Origin: a virus
Lineage: Duplodnaviria > Heunggongvirae > Uroviricota > Caudoviricetes
DNA length: 64,000 bases
Virus record (IMG/VR): IMGVR_UViG_3300045051_000014
Direction: 5' to 3' (one strand)
The notes under the pieces are model-generated. The model made no database searches. It saw nothing but the letters and a program-made list of their open reading frames with translations, and was not told the DNA's origin. A program made the position numbers and the translations under genes. This document shows, piece by piece, positions 30,111-39,716 of this stretch. Numbering within the stretch: position 1 is the stretch's first letter; each line of letters begins with the position of its first letter.

Positions 30111-30296
30111 ATGATGACTAAGGTTTTGGCTCTTATCGCTCTTGTTGTTCTGTTTCTGATTATCGGTCCTGCCCTGTTCATTTGGGGTACGAACGAACTT
30201 CTGGAACAGGCAGGATCGACGTATCAGATTCCGTGGAACTTCTGGACATGGCTCGCTGCATTTGTAGTCATGCCGAAGGTTTCTGTTAAGAGTTAA
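30111..30296 (+). CDS. small membrane protein
   Basis: two hydrophobic segments. Confidence 0.4.
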   Translation: MMTKVLALIALVVLFLIIGPALFIWGTNELLEQAGSTYQIPWNFWTWLAAFVVMPKVSVKS

Positions 30297-30301
30297 TCAA
30301 T

Positions 30302-30547
30302 ATGACCATCAAGCGCAAGTCTGAAATGTCAACCCGCCCCGTCATCGACTTGACGGGACCGGAAGGAAATGCATATGTCCTATTGGGGTATGCGCGTCGA
30401 TGGGGCAAAGAACTCGGCAAGAACACCACACTCATTCACAAGGAAATGACGGAAGGTGACTACCACAATCTAGTGCGAGTCTTCGAACGCGAGTTTGGTG
30501 ATTACTGCGATATCATCGGTGCTGATGAATTCGTGGACGACCTGTAA
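30302..30547 (+). CDS. hypothetical small protein
   Basis: 81 aa. Confidence 0.45.
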   Translation: MTIKRKSEMSTRPVIDLTGPEGNAYVLLGYARRWGKELGKNTTLIHKEMTEGDYHNLVRVFEREFGDYCDIIGADEFVDDL

Positions 30548-30786
30548 TGCCTTACGTAGAAGTGTATGTCGATTCTCAGGACGTTATTGACGACCTGACA
30601 GATGACGATATCATCGAAGAATTGCAGGGTCGCGGCTATGATTGCAGCACTCTCCAAAAGGATACGGTGGCAGTCGATATCAACAAGACCATACTGAAAC
30701 TGTATGAGTTGAAGCGGATCAATAGTCCGGAATTCGATGATGTGTTCACTGAGTTTGTTTACAATACGATAGGAAGGATTATATGA
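30547..30786 (+). CDS. hypothetical small acidic protein
   Basis: 79 aa. Confidence 0.45.
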   Translation: MPYVEVYVDSQDVIDDLTDDDIIEELQGRGYDCSTLQKDTVAVDINKTILKLYELKRINSPEFDDVFTEFVYNTIGRII

Positions 30787-30953
30787 AGAGAGTCGATTGG
30801 TTATTGCTTGCAGCGTGGGTAGCCTACGTGGTCTTTTTGGGACCATGGCTTATCTCCGCGCCAAGTTGGATCGCAGTTGGGTTAGGCTTTGGTCTACTGA
30901 TTGCGCTTGTGGTTGTCACGTTCAAGAGGTTTGGAAAGATTCATTATGAATAA
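30783..30953 (+). CDS. small membrane protein (56 aa, not in ORF track)
   Basis: MKRVDWLLLAAWVAYVVFLGPWLI...; ATGA overlaps. Confidence 0.35.
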   Translation: MKRVDWLLLAAWVAYVVFLGPWLISAPSWIAVGLGFGLLIALVVVTFKRFGKIHYE

Positions 30954-31842
30954 GCGTATTCTCGCCGCAGCCGTTATTGCTGCACTGTCCCTTTCGTCCC
31001 TGACGGGTTGCGATAAGGTTCCTGCCGGTAATGTCGGTGTGAAGGTCTATCTTCTCGGTAACTCCAAGGGTGTTGACGTTGAAGAACTGTCACCGGGACG
31101 CTATTGGATTGGCATCAACGAAGAACTCTATCTGTTCCCGACGTTCCAACAGAACTATACGTGGACGTATGATTGGGTGGACGACAACAACGACGGCAAG
31201 CGTGATCCGGATGAAGTAGTGGACGAGTCCATTGCTTTCCAGACGAAGGAAGGCTTGGGTGTCGCTGCCGATATTGGTATCTCGTACACCGTGGACCCGA
31301 CAAAGGTTTCGGTCCTCTTCCAGAAGTACCGTAGGGGTATCGAAGAGATTACCGACCTGTATCTGCGCAACATGGTCCGCGACACTTTCGTAAAGGTCGC
31401 AGGCTCACGCTCCATCGAAGACGTATACGGTGCGGGTAAGGAAGCGTTGCTCAAGGAAGTCGAAGACCGCGTTCGCGTGGAAGTCGCTCCGTTCGGTATC
31501 ATCGTAGAGAAGTTGTATTGGGCAGGTTCGCCACGACTTCCGCAGACGGTCATTCAGTCCATCAACGCGAAGATCGAAGCTACGCAGAAGGCGCAGCAGC
31601 GTGAGAACGAGATTCAGCAGACGAAGGCGGAAGCTGAGAAGGCAATCGAACAGGCGCGTGGTGAGGCTGAGTCTCGCCTGATCAATGCGAAGGCAGAAGC
31701 CGACGCGATTCGCATCAAGGGTGAAGCTCTTGCCGAGAATCCAAAGTTGGTTGAACTGTCGGCAATCGAAAAGTGGAACGGCGTACTGCCGACCATTACC
31801 GGTGGCGCAGTGCCTTTCGTTCAGGTTCCGCAGGGTAAGTAA
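30946..31842 (+). CDS. SPFH/band-7 (prohibitin/stomatin-like) lipoprotein
   Basis: signal peptide with lipobox LTGC; SPFH core then coiled-coil KAEAEKAIEQARGEAE. Confidence 0.8.
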   Translation: MNKRILAAAVIAALSLSSLTGCDKVPAGNVGVKVYLLGNSKGVDVEELSPGRYWIGINEELYLFPTFQQNYTWTYDWVDDNNDGKRDPDEVVDESIAFQTKEGLGVAADIGISYTVDPTKVSVLFQKYRRGIEEITDLYLRNMVRDTFVKVAGSRSIEDVYGAGKEALLKEVEDRVRVEVAPFGIIVEKLYWAGSPRLPQTVIQSINAKIEATQKAQQRENEIQQTKAEAEKAIEQARGEAESRLINAKAEADAIRIKGEALAENPKLVELSAIEKWNGVLPTITGGAVPFVQVPQGK

Positions 31843-32151
31843 TTGACCCCTGACCTGATCAACGGTCTGTTTGAACTGTGCGGGGCGGCATTTGTCGCCC
31901 TGCACATTCGGCAGATTCGCAGGGACAAGAAGGTGGCGGGAGTCTCTATTCCCGCCATCGTCTTTTTCACCAGTTGGGGATTTTGGAATTTGTTCTACTA
32001 TCCGCATCTGGATCAATGGCTCTCGTTTGCCGGTGGCATTGCGATTGTCATTACGAACATGGTGTGGGTTGGATATCTTCTATACTATTCGCGTAAGCCG
32101 AAGAGTGAACTGGAAGAGTATTACGATGAATACGATTGGAGTGATAGATAG
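31843..32151 (+). CDS. membrane protein, probable partner of SPFH protein
   Basis: 3 predicted TM helices; immediately downstream of SPFH gene. Confidence 0.55.
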   Translation: MTPDLINGLFELCGAAFVALHIRQIRRDKKVAGVSIPAIVFFTSWGFWNLFYYPHLDQWLSFAGGIAIVITNMVWVGYLLYYSRKPKSELEEYYDEYDWSDR

Positions 32152-32153
32152 TA

Positions 32154-32330
32154 TGAGCGGCAATTTCACAGTCTTGACTCCGGAACAGGAAGAGCGTCTT
32201 AAGAAATTAGAGACTTTCTACTATAAGGTGCGTCAGCTAGCCAATAGTTCTAATTTGAATCAGTATCCACTGATCTATCAGGCGCTATCGGAAGTTGACC
32301 CCAAGTGGAACGAAGGAAGTTCAAATTAGA
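32154..32330 (+). CDS. hypothetical small protein (58 aa)
   Basis: MSGNFTVLTPEQEERLKKLETFYYK... Confidence 0.4.
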
Positions 32331-32331
32331 C

Positions 32332-32360
32332 TTGACAAGTGATCAATTAGTCTGTATACT
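32332..32360 (+). promoter_or_regulatory. sigma70-like promoter TTGACA-N17-TATACT (drives Ro60 leader RNA)
   Basis: -35 TTGACA 32332-32337, -10 TATACT 32355-32360; spacer contains GATCAATTAGTCTG. Confidence 0.6.
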
Positions 32361-32742
32361 TATAGGCTAATGGGATGATTACAGCAAACCAAATAATACA
32401 GTAAGTCACTGGCATGGAGTTGAGGGTTCGCCCGAAGGCTCCCGTAAAGTGCCAGACAGCAGAAGTCAACTGTGTAAAATACGACTGGCTCCCGACGAGA
32501 TTCGGGATAAGGTTTGGAAGGCTCCGTAAAACTTCTTCATCCCGATTGTTTATGTTTTGAGACTTCATGCAGCAAACCCAATACTTTGATAGGTAAAAAG
32601 CGAAGTCTGGTTGAATGAGAGAATCGGTTCAGCAAACCAAATTCGCCGCGTAAGCGGCTTCAAAGAACTCCCGCAAGGGGAGTCCGTAAGGGACTATAAT
32701 CACTCGCGATTCTGTTTGTAATAGGTAGGAAGGAATAGTAAA
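32361..32742 (+). ncRNA. structured non-coding leader / candidate Y RNA-like RNA(s) upstream of TROVE (Ro60) gene
   Basis: no convincing ORF; three consecutive GNRA-tetraloop hairpins (gccgc-GTAA-gcggc 32635-48; tccc-GCAA-gggg 32659-70; agtcc-GTAA-ggact 32671-84), gcc-CGAA-ggc 32428-37, three copies of CAGCAAACC(C)AAAT. Confidence 0.45.
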
Positions 32743-34167
32743 ATGAACGCATCAGCAAAGAACGCATTTGTATCCGCAGCACTCTCAGTGCCGGTTGAGG
32801 CTCGTACTGAAAATGGTATGAAGGCTCAGAAGTCCACCATGTCCGCAATCGTAGACCTGTTCTACATCGTCGGATCTTCGCGTGGTAAGAATCTTTCGCG
32901 CCAGTTCGAATCGGCAATGCAGCAGGATGAAGATCTTGCGCTCCGTATCGCACTGTGGGCGCGTGACGCTCGCGGTGGTGCCGGTGAGCGTGAAGTGTTC
33001 AAGTTCCTCTTGACGCACCTTGAACAGTCGCGTCCGGACTTCCTGTTGAATTCGGGTTTCTTGGCAAAGGTGCCGGAACTCGGACGTTGGGACGACTTGC
33101 TCGTTCTGACTGAGCCACGCATCAAGGCGAAGGCATTCAACCTGATCAAGTCTGCGCTTGAGTCTGGCAACGGACTGTGCGCAAAGTGGATGCCACGTAA
33201 GGGCAAGATTGCGCGTGAGCTTCGCGAAGCATTCGGTATGTCGCCAAAGGCATACCGCAAGACTCTTGTTGGTCTTTCCAACACGGTTGAGCAGAAGCTT
33301 TGTGCGCGTGAATTCGACAAGATCGAATACTCGCACGTTCCTTCGCTCGCAATGTCGCGCTACATGAAGGCATTCTCCAAGAATGACGCAGAGCGTTTCG
33401 TTGCATACCGTGAGTCCTTGAAGAAGGGCGAAACGAAGATCAACGCGAAGGGTGTCTACCCATACGATATCATCAAGGCTCTTCGCCACGGTGCGGACTC
33501 CGCAGTGTGCGATGCGCAGTGGGATGCATTGCCTGACTACATGACTGACGCGAACGTTCTGCCTATGGTAGACGTTTCAGGATCCATGGAGTGTTCGGTT
33601 GGTGGCAACGCTAACCTGTCTTGCCTCGACGTTTCGCTTTCACTCGGACTTTACACTTCGGGACGTAACAAGGGTGCGTTCAAGGACATGTTCCTTACGT
33701 TCTCTGGCGACACGGAACTCAAGAAGGTCAAGGGTACACTCTCGCAGCGTATGGCTCAGATGAACTCTTCTGAGTGGGGCATGAACACGAATCTGCACAA
33801 GGCATTCGACCGAATCCTTGACGTTGCAGTAAAGGGCAACGTGCCACAGGCAGACATGCCAACGGTTCTGTTGATCATGTCGGACATGCAGTTTGACCAG
33901 TGTGCGAAGTACGATGACTCTGCTATGCAGATGATCGAACGCAAGTACGCTGCGGCAGGCTACAAGGTTCCTGTCATCGTGTTCTGGAACATCAGTGCCG
34001 GTGGCAAGGACAACTCGCCAGTATCCTTCAACAAGAAGGGTGTTGCGCTAGTCTCCGGTTGCTCGCCTGCAATCATGAAGGCTGTCCTCGCGGCAGACTT
34101 GGATGATATCTCGCCCGAGACAATCGTGCGCGATGCGGTCGCAATCCCACGGTACGACTACACCTAA
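32743..34167 (+). CDS. rsr: TROVE-domain Ro60-like (Rsr) RNA-binding protein with vWA/MIDAS C-domain
   Basis: 474 aa; HEAT-like TROVE region; MIDAS motif MVDVSGSMECSVGG; RBS AGGAAGGA; terminator downstream. Confidence 0.8.
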   Translation: MNASAKNAFVSAALSVPVEARTENGMKAQKSTMSAIVDLFYIVGSSRGKNLSRQFESAMQQDEDLALRIALWARDARGGAGEREVFKFLLTHLEQSRPDFLLNSGFLAKVPELGRWDDLLVLTEPRIKAKAFNLIKSALESGNGLCAKWMPRKGKIARELREAFGMSPKAYRKTLVGLSNTVEQKLCAREFDKIEYSHVPSLAMSRYMKAFSKNDAERFVAYRESLKKGETKINAKGVYPYDIIKALRHGADSAVCDAQWDALPDYMTDANVLPMVDVSGSMECSVGGNANLSCLDVSLSLGLYTSGRNKGAFKDMFLTFSGDTELKKVKGTLSQRMAQMNSSEWGMNTNLHKAFDRILDVAVKGNVPQADMPTVLLIMSDMQFDQCAKYDDSAMQMIERKYAAAGYKVPVIVFWNISAGGKDNSPVSFNKKGVALVSGCSPAIMKAVLAADLDDISPETIVRDAVAIPRYDYT

Positions 34168-34188
34168 AAGGTGGTATTACGCTAAATA

Positions 34189-34228
34189 AGAATCACGCAG
34201 GGCTATTTCGCTTTGCGTGATTCTTTTG
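34189..34228 (+). terminator. rho-independent terminator after rsr
   Basis: 11-bp stem agaatcacgca/tgcgtgattct followed by TTTTG. Confidence 0.55.
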
Positions 34229-34241
34229 CGAGCGCCCATGC

Positions 34242-34802
34242 ATGGACACCGTTCCACAAGTTCACACTCTTCTGAGCGTCTTCACGCCGGAAGAGTGTTC
34301 GCGCATTATCGCATTTGGTCTTAACGGACCACTGACTCCCGGCTATTCACCGGGAATGCGCATTGACCCCGACCGACGTTCCTCTTTTATTCGTTTCATC
34401 TATCCGGATGAAGGTACACATTGGATCTTTTCGCGCCTCTGGAAGACTCTAGAGCATTCGGGGTTTTCCGAAGGTATTACGACTCTTAACTTTGCTCAAT
34501 TCACTGAGTATAAGGCAGAGTACGGTGGTCACTTCTCCCTGCATCGGGATACGGAAGTTTTCTATCACGCCACGGATACTACGCATATGAAGCGCAAGGT
34601 CACACTTGTAATTCAACTTAGTGATCCGGATACTTACGAAGGCGGCGACCTTGAATTCGTGTACGGGAAGAATCAAAGTTTGTATGGACAACGATGCCAT
34701 GGTTGTGCTATACTGTTTCCAGCTAAGACGCTTCATAAGGCTAATAGAGTCACAAAAGGCGAGCGATATTCGCTAGTCGCGTGGTTCGAAGGTCCGAAGT
34801 AG
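34242..34802 (+). CDS. 2OG-Fe(II) oxygenase, prolyl 4-hydroxylase-like
   Basis: HRDTE (HxD) ... H...; KRKVTLVIQLSD..YEGGDLEF pattern of P4Hc domain. Confidence 0.7.
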   Translation: MDTVPQVHTLLSVFTPEECSRIIAFGLNGPLTPGYSPGMRIDPDRRSSFIRFIYPDEGTHWIFSRLWKTLEHSGFSEGITTLNFAQFTEYKAEYGGHFSLHRDTEVFYHATDTTHMKRKVTLVIQLSDPDTYEGGDLEFVYGKNQSLYGQRCHGCAILFPAKTLHKANRVTKGERYSLVAWFEGPK

Positions 34803-34860
34803 AATTAGAGCTTGGATGCCTATATACTCGGTGTTGCACCGCAGCAAAAAGGATGGTATA

Positions 34861-35127
34861 ATGGACAAAGGAAAACGTCAGCAAAGACTAATCCAAAAGG
34901 TCCGGAATCTATCGAAGTGGTTGAAACGGGAACGAGTAAAGGCAAAACGGTCAGGTGTCAGGTTCGGAATAGAGAATGAGAAGAATGCACACATTGAAGC
35001 GAATCACGGTAAACGTTGTTCTTGCGATTTGTGCTGTAATCCACGCCATTCAAGATTCCATAAAGGAACAGGACGCTTGACCCTCCAAGAGAGGAAAGCA
35101 AATGAGAAAGTTTATGACGAAGATTAG
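34861..35127 (+). CDS. hypothetical small basic protein
   Basis: K/R rich, CSCDLCCNPRH. Confidence 0.3.
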   Translation: MDKGKRQQRLIQKVRNLSKWLKRERVKAKRSGVRFGIENEKNAHIEANHGKRCSCDLCCNPRHSRFHKGTGRLTLQERKANEKVYDED

Positions 35128-35276
35128 TTACGAAGCGATGATGGTGTTTGCGTTGGTGGTCTGTGTGGCTACCGTCGCGGCAGCATGGTTACACGCATTC
35201 GGACACATGGGACAATAACAGGGAAGATCGAAGGTGGAAGCAGTCACCATATGACTGCGATTTGAGGATGAATAGT

Positions 35277-36218
35277 ATGAAGTTGAAAGTAATGTTGATG
35301 GTCGCGATGCTTGCCCTTTCGGGTACAGCATATGCCGGTCTTGACGTAGATGGTAATTGCGGTGTCGGCAGCGGCGCAGGGCAAGCCAAGTGCGTTAAGG
35401 GTGGTGACGGTGGTGGATCCAACGGTGGTGGTGGCGGTGGAAGTGCGGCAGTCGAATCGACTAACACGAACACCAATACGAACACGCAGCTACAGGGTCA
35501 GGTACAAGGGCAGCAACAGGCTGCGGTTGCCGTGATCGCTGTCGGTAACGGTGGTTCGCTTGGAACTCCTGATAGTCAGAGCGTAGGCACTCAGTCTACA
35601 TCCGGCACAGGTGGCGTCACGATTGCCGGTAACGCAACGGCTCCGTTCTCCAACGGCAACTACGTTGAGAATAACAGTCAGGTGGGTGACGTAACTTCTG
35701 GTGACGTAACATCTACGAACACTAACACTGCCAATGGTGGTGCCGGTGGTCAGGGTGGAACGGGTGGACAGGCAGTTTCGGCTGCGGTTGTCGAAGCGGG
35801 TGCCGCAAGTGCGGTAGTCGAGTCTGGTGCAGTCCAGTACACTTACACTGAGCGTCTACAGGCTCCGTCCATTGGTCAGGGTTCGTTCGCAATCGCGGGT
35901 TGCTCCGTTGCCGGTAATGCCGGTGGTAGCGGTCCCGGTTGGAGTGGATTCCTTGGCTTCGGTTTTACACCTTCGCAGTGTTATGACTTCATGCTCGCAC
36001 AGGCTTATCAGTCGATTGGCGAAAAGAAAGCCGTCTGCGATATCCTGCGTAACAGCAAGGCAGGCAAGCGTCAGGAGAAGCGTGGTATCGTTCTCCCTGA
36101 GTGTAAGCCAGAAGTAGTTGCAGTGCCGGTACCAGTGGTAGTCCCACCGGTTGACCTGTCACCGTATGCTACGAAGGAAGAATTGAACCGTGCGTTCAAG
36201 GCTTCACAGTCCAAGTAA
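35277..36218 (+). CDS. secreted Gly/Thr/Ala-rich low-complexity protein
   Basis: signal peptide MKLKVMLMVAMLALSGTAYA; (TN)5 repeat, poly-G; C-terminal Cys pair. Confidence 0.55.
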   Translation: MKLKVMLMVAMLALSGTAYAGLDVDGNCGVGSGAGQAKCVKGGDGGGSNGGGGGGSAAVESTNTNTNTNTQLQGQVQGQQQAAVAVIAVGNGGSLGTPDSQSVGTQSTSGTGGVTIAGNATAPFSNGNYVENNSQVGDVTSGDVTSTNTNTANGGAGGQGGTGGQAVSAAVVEAGAASAVVESGAVQYTYTERLQAPSIGQGSFAIAGCSVAGNAGGSGPGWSGFLGFGFTPSQCYDFMLAQAYQSIGEKKAVCDILRNSKAGKRQEKRGIVLPECKPEVVAVPVPVVVPPVDLSPYATKEELNRAFKASQSK

Positions 36219-36228
36219 CTGAAACAGG

Positions 36229-36260
36229 AGAGGGCGGGAGAAATCCCGCCCTCTTTCATT
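36229..36260 (+). terminator. rho-independent terminator
   Basis: 11-bp GC-rich stem agagggcggga-GAAA-tcccgccctct then TTCATT. Confidence 0.55.
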
Positions 36261-36436
36261 ATGAAAGATGAAAGATTGGAAATTCTTAGTGATTTGGTTA
36301 GGTCTGGTGTGCCTGTGGATTTCAGTCAAGCCATCGAAGTGATAGAGTATCAAGAGCGACTTAAGGCAACCAGAAAAATTACCAGATTAGAAAAGATCAA
36401 GAATTACTTCCGTAAAATTTATCATGAACAGACTTG
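36260..36436 (+). CDS. hypothetical small protein (58 aa)
   Basis: ATGA overlap with MazG start. Confidence 0.3.
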
Positions 36437-36801
36437 AAGAACTACTCATTATCCTTTCCGAAGAATGCGCCGAAGTACAGCAGGCAGCAATCAAGTGCGT
36501 GCGTTTCGGAAAGGCATCTACGCATCCAGATAGTTCTGAATCTAATCAATTGAAATTAGAACGTGAGATTGGCGACTTCATGGCAATGGTGCGATTGCTT
36601 ACCGAAGAATATAATCTCAATATGGACAACATCATTGAATCGGCTGACGCAAAGCTAATCAAGGTTGAGAAGTTCATGAAGAACAAAAAGGGATTGACTG
36701 CGCCGGAACTAGCCGAAGCATTCTCACACCGCACCCTGCCGCCTCTTTCAACGTCCGTTGAAAAGCCGCACCGCAGAAATCCCCGGCGAAAAACGCGGTA
36801 A
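36424..36801 (+). CDS. mazG: MazG-like nucleoside triphosphate pyrophosphohydrolase
   Basis: LEELLIILSEECAEVQQAAIK EExxE metal-binding motif. Confidence 0.75.
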   Translation: MNRLEELLIILSEECAEVQQAAIKCVRFGKASTHPDSSESNQLKLEREIGDFMAMVRLLTEEYNLNMDNIIESADAKLIKVEKFMKNKKGLTAPELAEAFSHRTLPPLSTSVEKPHRRNPRRKTR

Positions 36802-36804
36802 ATT

Positions 36805-36830
36805 TGTAAGTCCTTGATTTCCAAAGGGTT
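36805..36830 (+). repeat. intergenic element TGTAAGTCCTTGATTTCCAAAGGGTT
   Basis: same consensus, upstream of AAA ATPase gene. Confidence 0.6.
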
Positions 36831-36904
36831 ATTGTTATTGCTTAATCTTACCTCTTCCTGTAGACTTATCTTATAGGTTGATGATTTTAAGCAAGGAATA
36901 ATAC

Positions 36905-37789
36905 ATGCCGCGTGGCGTACCGAAAGCGGGTTTCCGCATGACAAAGAACCGAAAGCGTAACATGGGCAAGGGTGCCTCTGCCGCGTCGGTTGTCGCTGTC
37001 ACTTCTAATCCCATGTACCGTGAACCGGAAGTGCAGGAAACGGAAGACCAGATTCGGAACAAGTTGGAAGAGCGTTTCGCCGCTATGACCATGATGGTCG
37101 AAAGCGCGATTAAGGGTGACGTTCGCGCCATCATTTTCTCCGGTCCCGCAGGCGTGGGCAAGTCGCATGAAGTTCATGCGGCGTTGGAAAGGCTCAAGCC
37201 GTATCATACGATCATTCACGGTTTCGTTCGCCCGACCGGTCTGTACAAGACTCTGTACGAATACCGTCAGCCGGGATCAGTGGTTGTGCTAGATGACGCT
37301 GACTCCATCTTTGGCGACGACATTTCGCTGAACATTCTCAAGGTCGCGTGCGACACTACGCGCAAGCGTGAAATCTCTTGGCTGTCTGAAATCCGCATGG
37401 AAGATGAGGGTGGCGACAAGCTGCCGCGCAGCTTCGAATTCGAAGGCACGATCATATTCATTACGAATCAGGACTTCGACTACCTGATCGAAAAGGGTTC
37501 GAAGCTCGCTCCGCACCTTTCGGCTCTTGTGTCGCGTTCCATGTATCTCGACATGAAGATGCATTCGAAGCGTGACTACATCGTGCGCATCAAGCAGGTA
37601 CTTGAAAAGGGTATGCTGCGCGAGTACGGTCTGTCGGCAGTCGATGAAAAGGAAATCATGGACTTCATCACTTCGCACATGGACAACATCCGCGAACTCT
37701 CGCTGCGAATGGTGGTCAAGATCGCGAACCTCAAGAAGTCGCGCCCGACTAAGTGGCACTCGCTCGCTAAGGTCTTCTGCGTCAAGTAA
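36905..37789 (+). CDS. AAA-family ATPase
   Basis: Walker A GPAGVGKSHEV, Walker B VVVLDDADS. Confidence 0.75.
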   Translation: MPRGVPKAGFRMTKNRKRNMGKGASAASVVAVTSNPMYREPEVQETEDQIRNKLEERFAAMTMMVESAIKGDVRAIIFSGPAGVGKSHEVHAALERLKPYHTIIHGFVRPTGLYKTLYEYRQPGSVVVLDDADSIFGDDISLNILKVACDTTRKREISWLSEIRMEDEGGDKLPRSFEFEGTIIFITNQDFDYLIEKGSKLAPHLSALVSRSMYLDMKMHSKRDYIVRIKQVLEKGMLREYGLSAVDEKEIMDFITSHMDNIRELSLRMVVKIANLKKSRPTKWHSLAKVFCVK

Positions 37790-37790
37790 T

Positions 37791-38051
37791 ATGAATATCA
37801 CACAAGATGAAAAAACGAAGTTCATCGAACTTCTGAACCGTGCCGCGAATCGCATCATCACGTATGCGAACAAGAATCACCGACCGCATTCTGGTGGTGG
37901 CGACGAGCGGGATTACTACACGGCTGAAATGGAAACAGCCGATGAAAACGGAATTGAGTTCCGTTGCGAATTCAACGGCTCATGCCACTGTCACCCGGAA
38001 ACGGATTACAATTACATCACTCTTCCTTGGGAAGAGATTCTTAGGGACTAA
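37791..38051 (+). CDS. hypothetical small protein
   Basis: 86 aa; CHCHPE. Confidence 0.45.
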   Translation: MNITQDEKTKFIELLNRAANRIITYANKNHRPHSGGGDERDYYTAEMETADENGIEFRCEFNGSCHCHPETDYNYITLPWEEILRD

Positions 38052-38054
38052 CAC

Positions 38055-38204
38055 ATGTTCACAATCATTTCGACACTTATCTTTCTTTTGCTCATGCTCA
38101 TGTGGCGTAAGGACGATTGGCTCAATCTGCTAATCAAGTTCTCGCTCGCATTCATGACGGGTTGGGGTGGATATCTTATCTACTCTAATCAGATGTTCGG
38201 CTAA
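38055..38204 (+). CDS. small membrane protein (49 aa)
   Basis: two hydrophobic helices. Confidence 0.3.
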   Translation: MFTIISTLIFLLLMLMWRKDDWLNLLIKFSLAFMTGWGGYLIYSNQMFG

Positions 38205-38218
38205 CAGGAGTTTATATC

Positions 38219-38959
38219 ATGGGTACTCGCTCACTCACTTATTTTTATCAGGACGGCAAGCCGTTCTGTGGTTTCTACCGTCAGATGGATGGTTATCCGG
38301 ACGGGCATGGTGTCGAACTCGGTGAGATTCTTGCGCCGATTACTCTGGTCAATGGATACCAAATGCACATGAAGGCAGGCACGCACGCCAACGGTCCCGG
38401 CTGTCTTGCCGCACAGGTTATCGCTTCGCTCAAGAATGAGCAGGGGCTAGGTGGCATCTACATGATCGCACCGACTCCCGAAGAGGATTCGGAAGGTTGG
38501 CAGGAATATGAATATCACATCTTCCTCGACACGGTGGGTGAAGGTTTCAATTCGACGTTCGTTGGACGCATCGAATGCCGTGATCCGGAGCGTGTGATCT
38601 TCTCTGGTGACTTCAAGAGTTTCCTCAAGTGGGCGCGTAAGCCTAAGATGAAGGATGGCGAATACGTCCCGGTTATCGTACTGCCGACGAGCGGTGTCGA
38701 TATCACAAAGCACGCGAAGCCTGAACTCAAGGATGCGCTCAAGAAAGGTATCGTCAGTGTCACCTTTACGAAGGCTGACGGTTCGAAGCGCACGATGCAT
38801 TGCACGCTGAATGGCGAACTGATTCCGGAAGATAAGCGTCCGATTGGTAACTCCGTGCATCTGGTCAAGGATCCGGATCTGTTCAAGGTCTTCGATCTTG
38901 ACAAGCAGGATTGGCGTTCGTTCCGCAAGGAACGTGTACTGAACTACGAGGTAGTCTAA
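38219..38959 (+). CDS. hypothetical protein; C-terminal domain paralogous to ORF 24518-24763
   Basis: 246 aa; shared VTFTKADGSKRTMHCTL...WRSFR motif. Confidence 0.6.
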   Translation: MGTRSLTYFYQDGKPFCGFYRQMDGYPDGHGVELGEILAPITLVNGYQMHMKAGTHANGPGCLAAQVIASLKNEQGLGGIYMIAPTPEEDSEGWQEYEYHIFLDTVGEGFNSTFVGRIECRDPERVIFSGDFKSFLKWARKPKMKDGEYVPVIVLPTSGVDITKHAKPELKDALKKGIVSVTFTKADGSKRTMHCTLNGELIPEDKRPIGNSVHLVKDPDLFKVFDLDKQDWRSFRKERVLNYEVV

Positions 38960-38960
38960 T

Positions 38961-39125
38961 ATGAACGGTCCTGCATTGATCAAGTACGCACTCTACGGTG
39001 TGTTGGGTATGGAACTCGCATTCTCCGGTGTTAACATCATCGACAGTCCGTTCCGTTTTCTCGGCATCATCCTCACGGTGGTTGTGATTGAAAACCTCGG
39101 CATCATCCAGTCGCGGAGATTCTAA
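38961..39125 (+). CDS. small membrane protein (54 aa)
   Basis: hydrophobic. Confidence 0.3.
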   Translation: MNGPALIKYALYGVLGMELAFSGVNIIDSPFRFLGIILTVVVIENLGIIQSRRF

Positions 39126-39126
39126 C

Positions 39127-39375
39127 ATGACTGAGAAAAAGTATCCGCGCAAGTTTCGCCTGACGGTCTATCTTGCCGAAGGTGTCGATCCCATCAGGGG
39201 CAATCCCATCACGGTTAACGATGAATTCGAAGAGGCGAAATGGGGTTCCGCATTGCGAGACTTCAAGAGCATGTCTTATCTTGGGCTAACACAGGCTGAT
39301 GGATTTGGTGGTGTAGACAACATCTACATCAATCCGAAATACATCGTCGCTATTCGCCTCGCGGATGTAGAATAA
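39127..39375 (+). CDS. hypothetical small protein
   Basis: 82 aa. Confidence 0.45.
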   Translation: MTEKKYPRKFRLTVYLAEGVDPIRGNPITVNDEFEEAKWGSALRDFKSMSYLGLTQADGFGGVDNIYINPKYIVAIRLADVE

Positions 39376-39716
39376 TGAGCTACGCAATCGGAAACATCAT
39401 CTACGGCATTCCTCTTGATCTAGATGAAGAGGATCTTCCCGAAGACCACATTCTGCGCGAAGCGGTCGATGGTGAGTATGACGGGTTCCTATCCTATTAC
39501 TCAGGCAGCGGCGATATACCGGCAGCGTTTGGTGTGGAGATTGACTCATTCGATGAATGTTGTTTCTCCATCGACATTAGCAGTTTGCGTCTGGCACCGA
39601 CCGACGCGCAACTCCGACAGTACGAAAGACTGTTGGAACATGTCGATCAAGAGGTCAAAGCCGAATTAGAAAAATTTGGTGAGCCTCGCACATTCATCCT
39701 TTGGAGTACATCGTAA
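39375..39716 (+). CDS. hypothetical acidic protein
   Basis: 113 aa, ATGA overlap. Confidence 0.45.
   Translation: MSYAIGNIIYGIPLDLDEEDLPEDHILREAVDGEYDGFLSYYSGSGDIPAAFGVEIDSFDECCFSIDISSLRLAPTDAQLRQYERLLEHVDQEVKAELEKFGEPRTFILWSTS

Noticed and set aside
31871-32329. 152-aa ORF 31871..32329
   Set aside because: N-terminal part overlaps the membrane-protein gene 31843..32151 out of frame; only the C-terminal 58 codons (32154..32330) kept as a small ORF
32347-32953. Minus-strand ORFs 32347..32568 and 32660..32953 in the rsr leader
   Set aside because: Antisense to promoter-driven structured RNA and to the rsr start; no RBS
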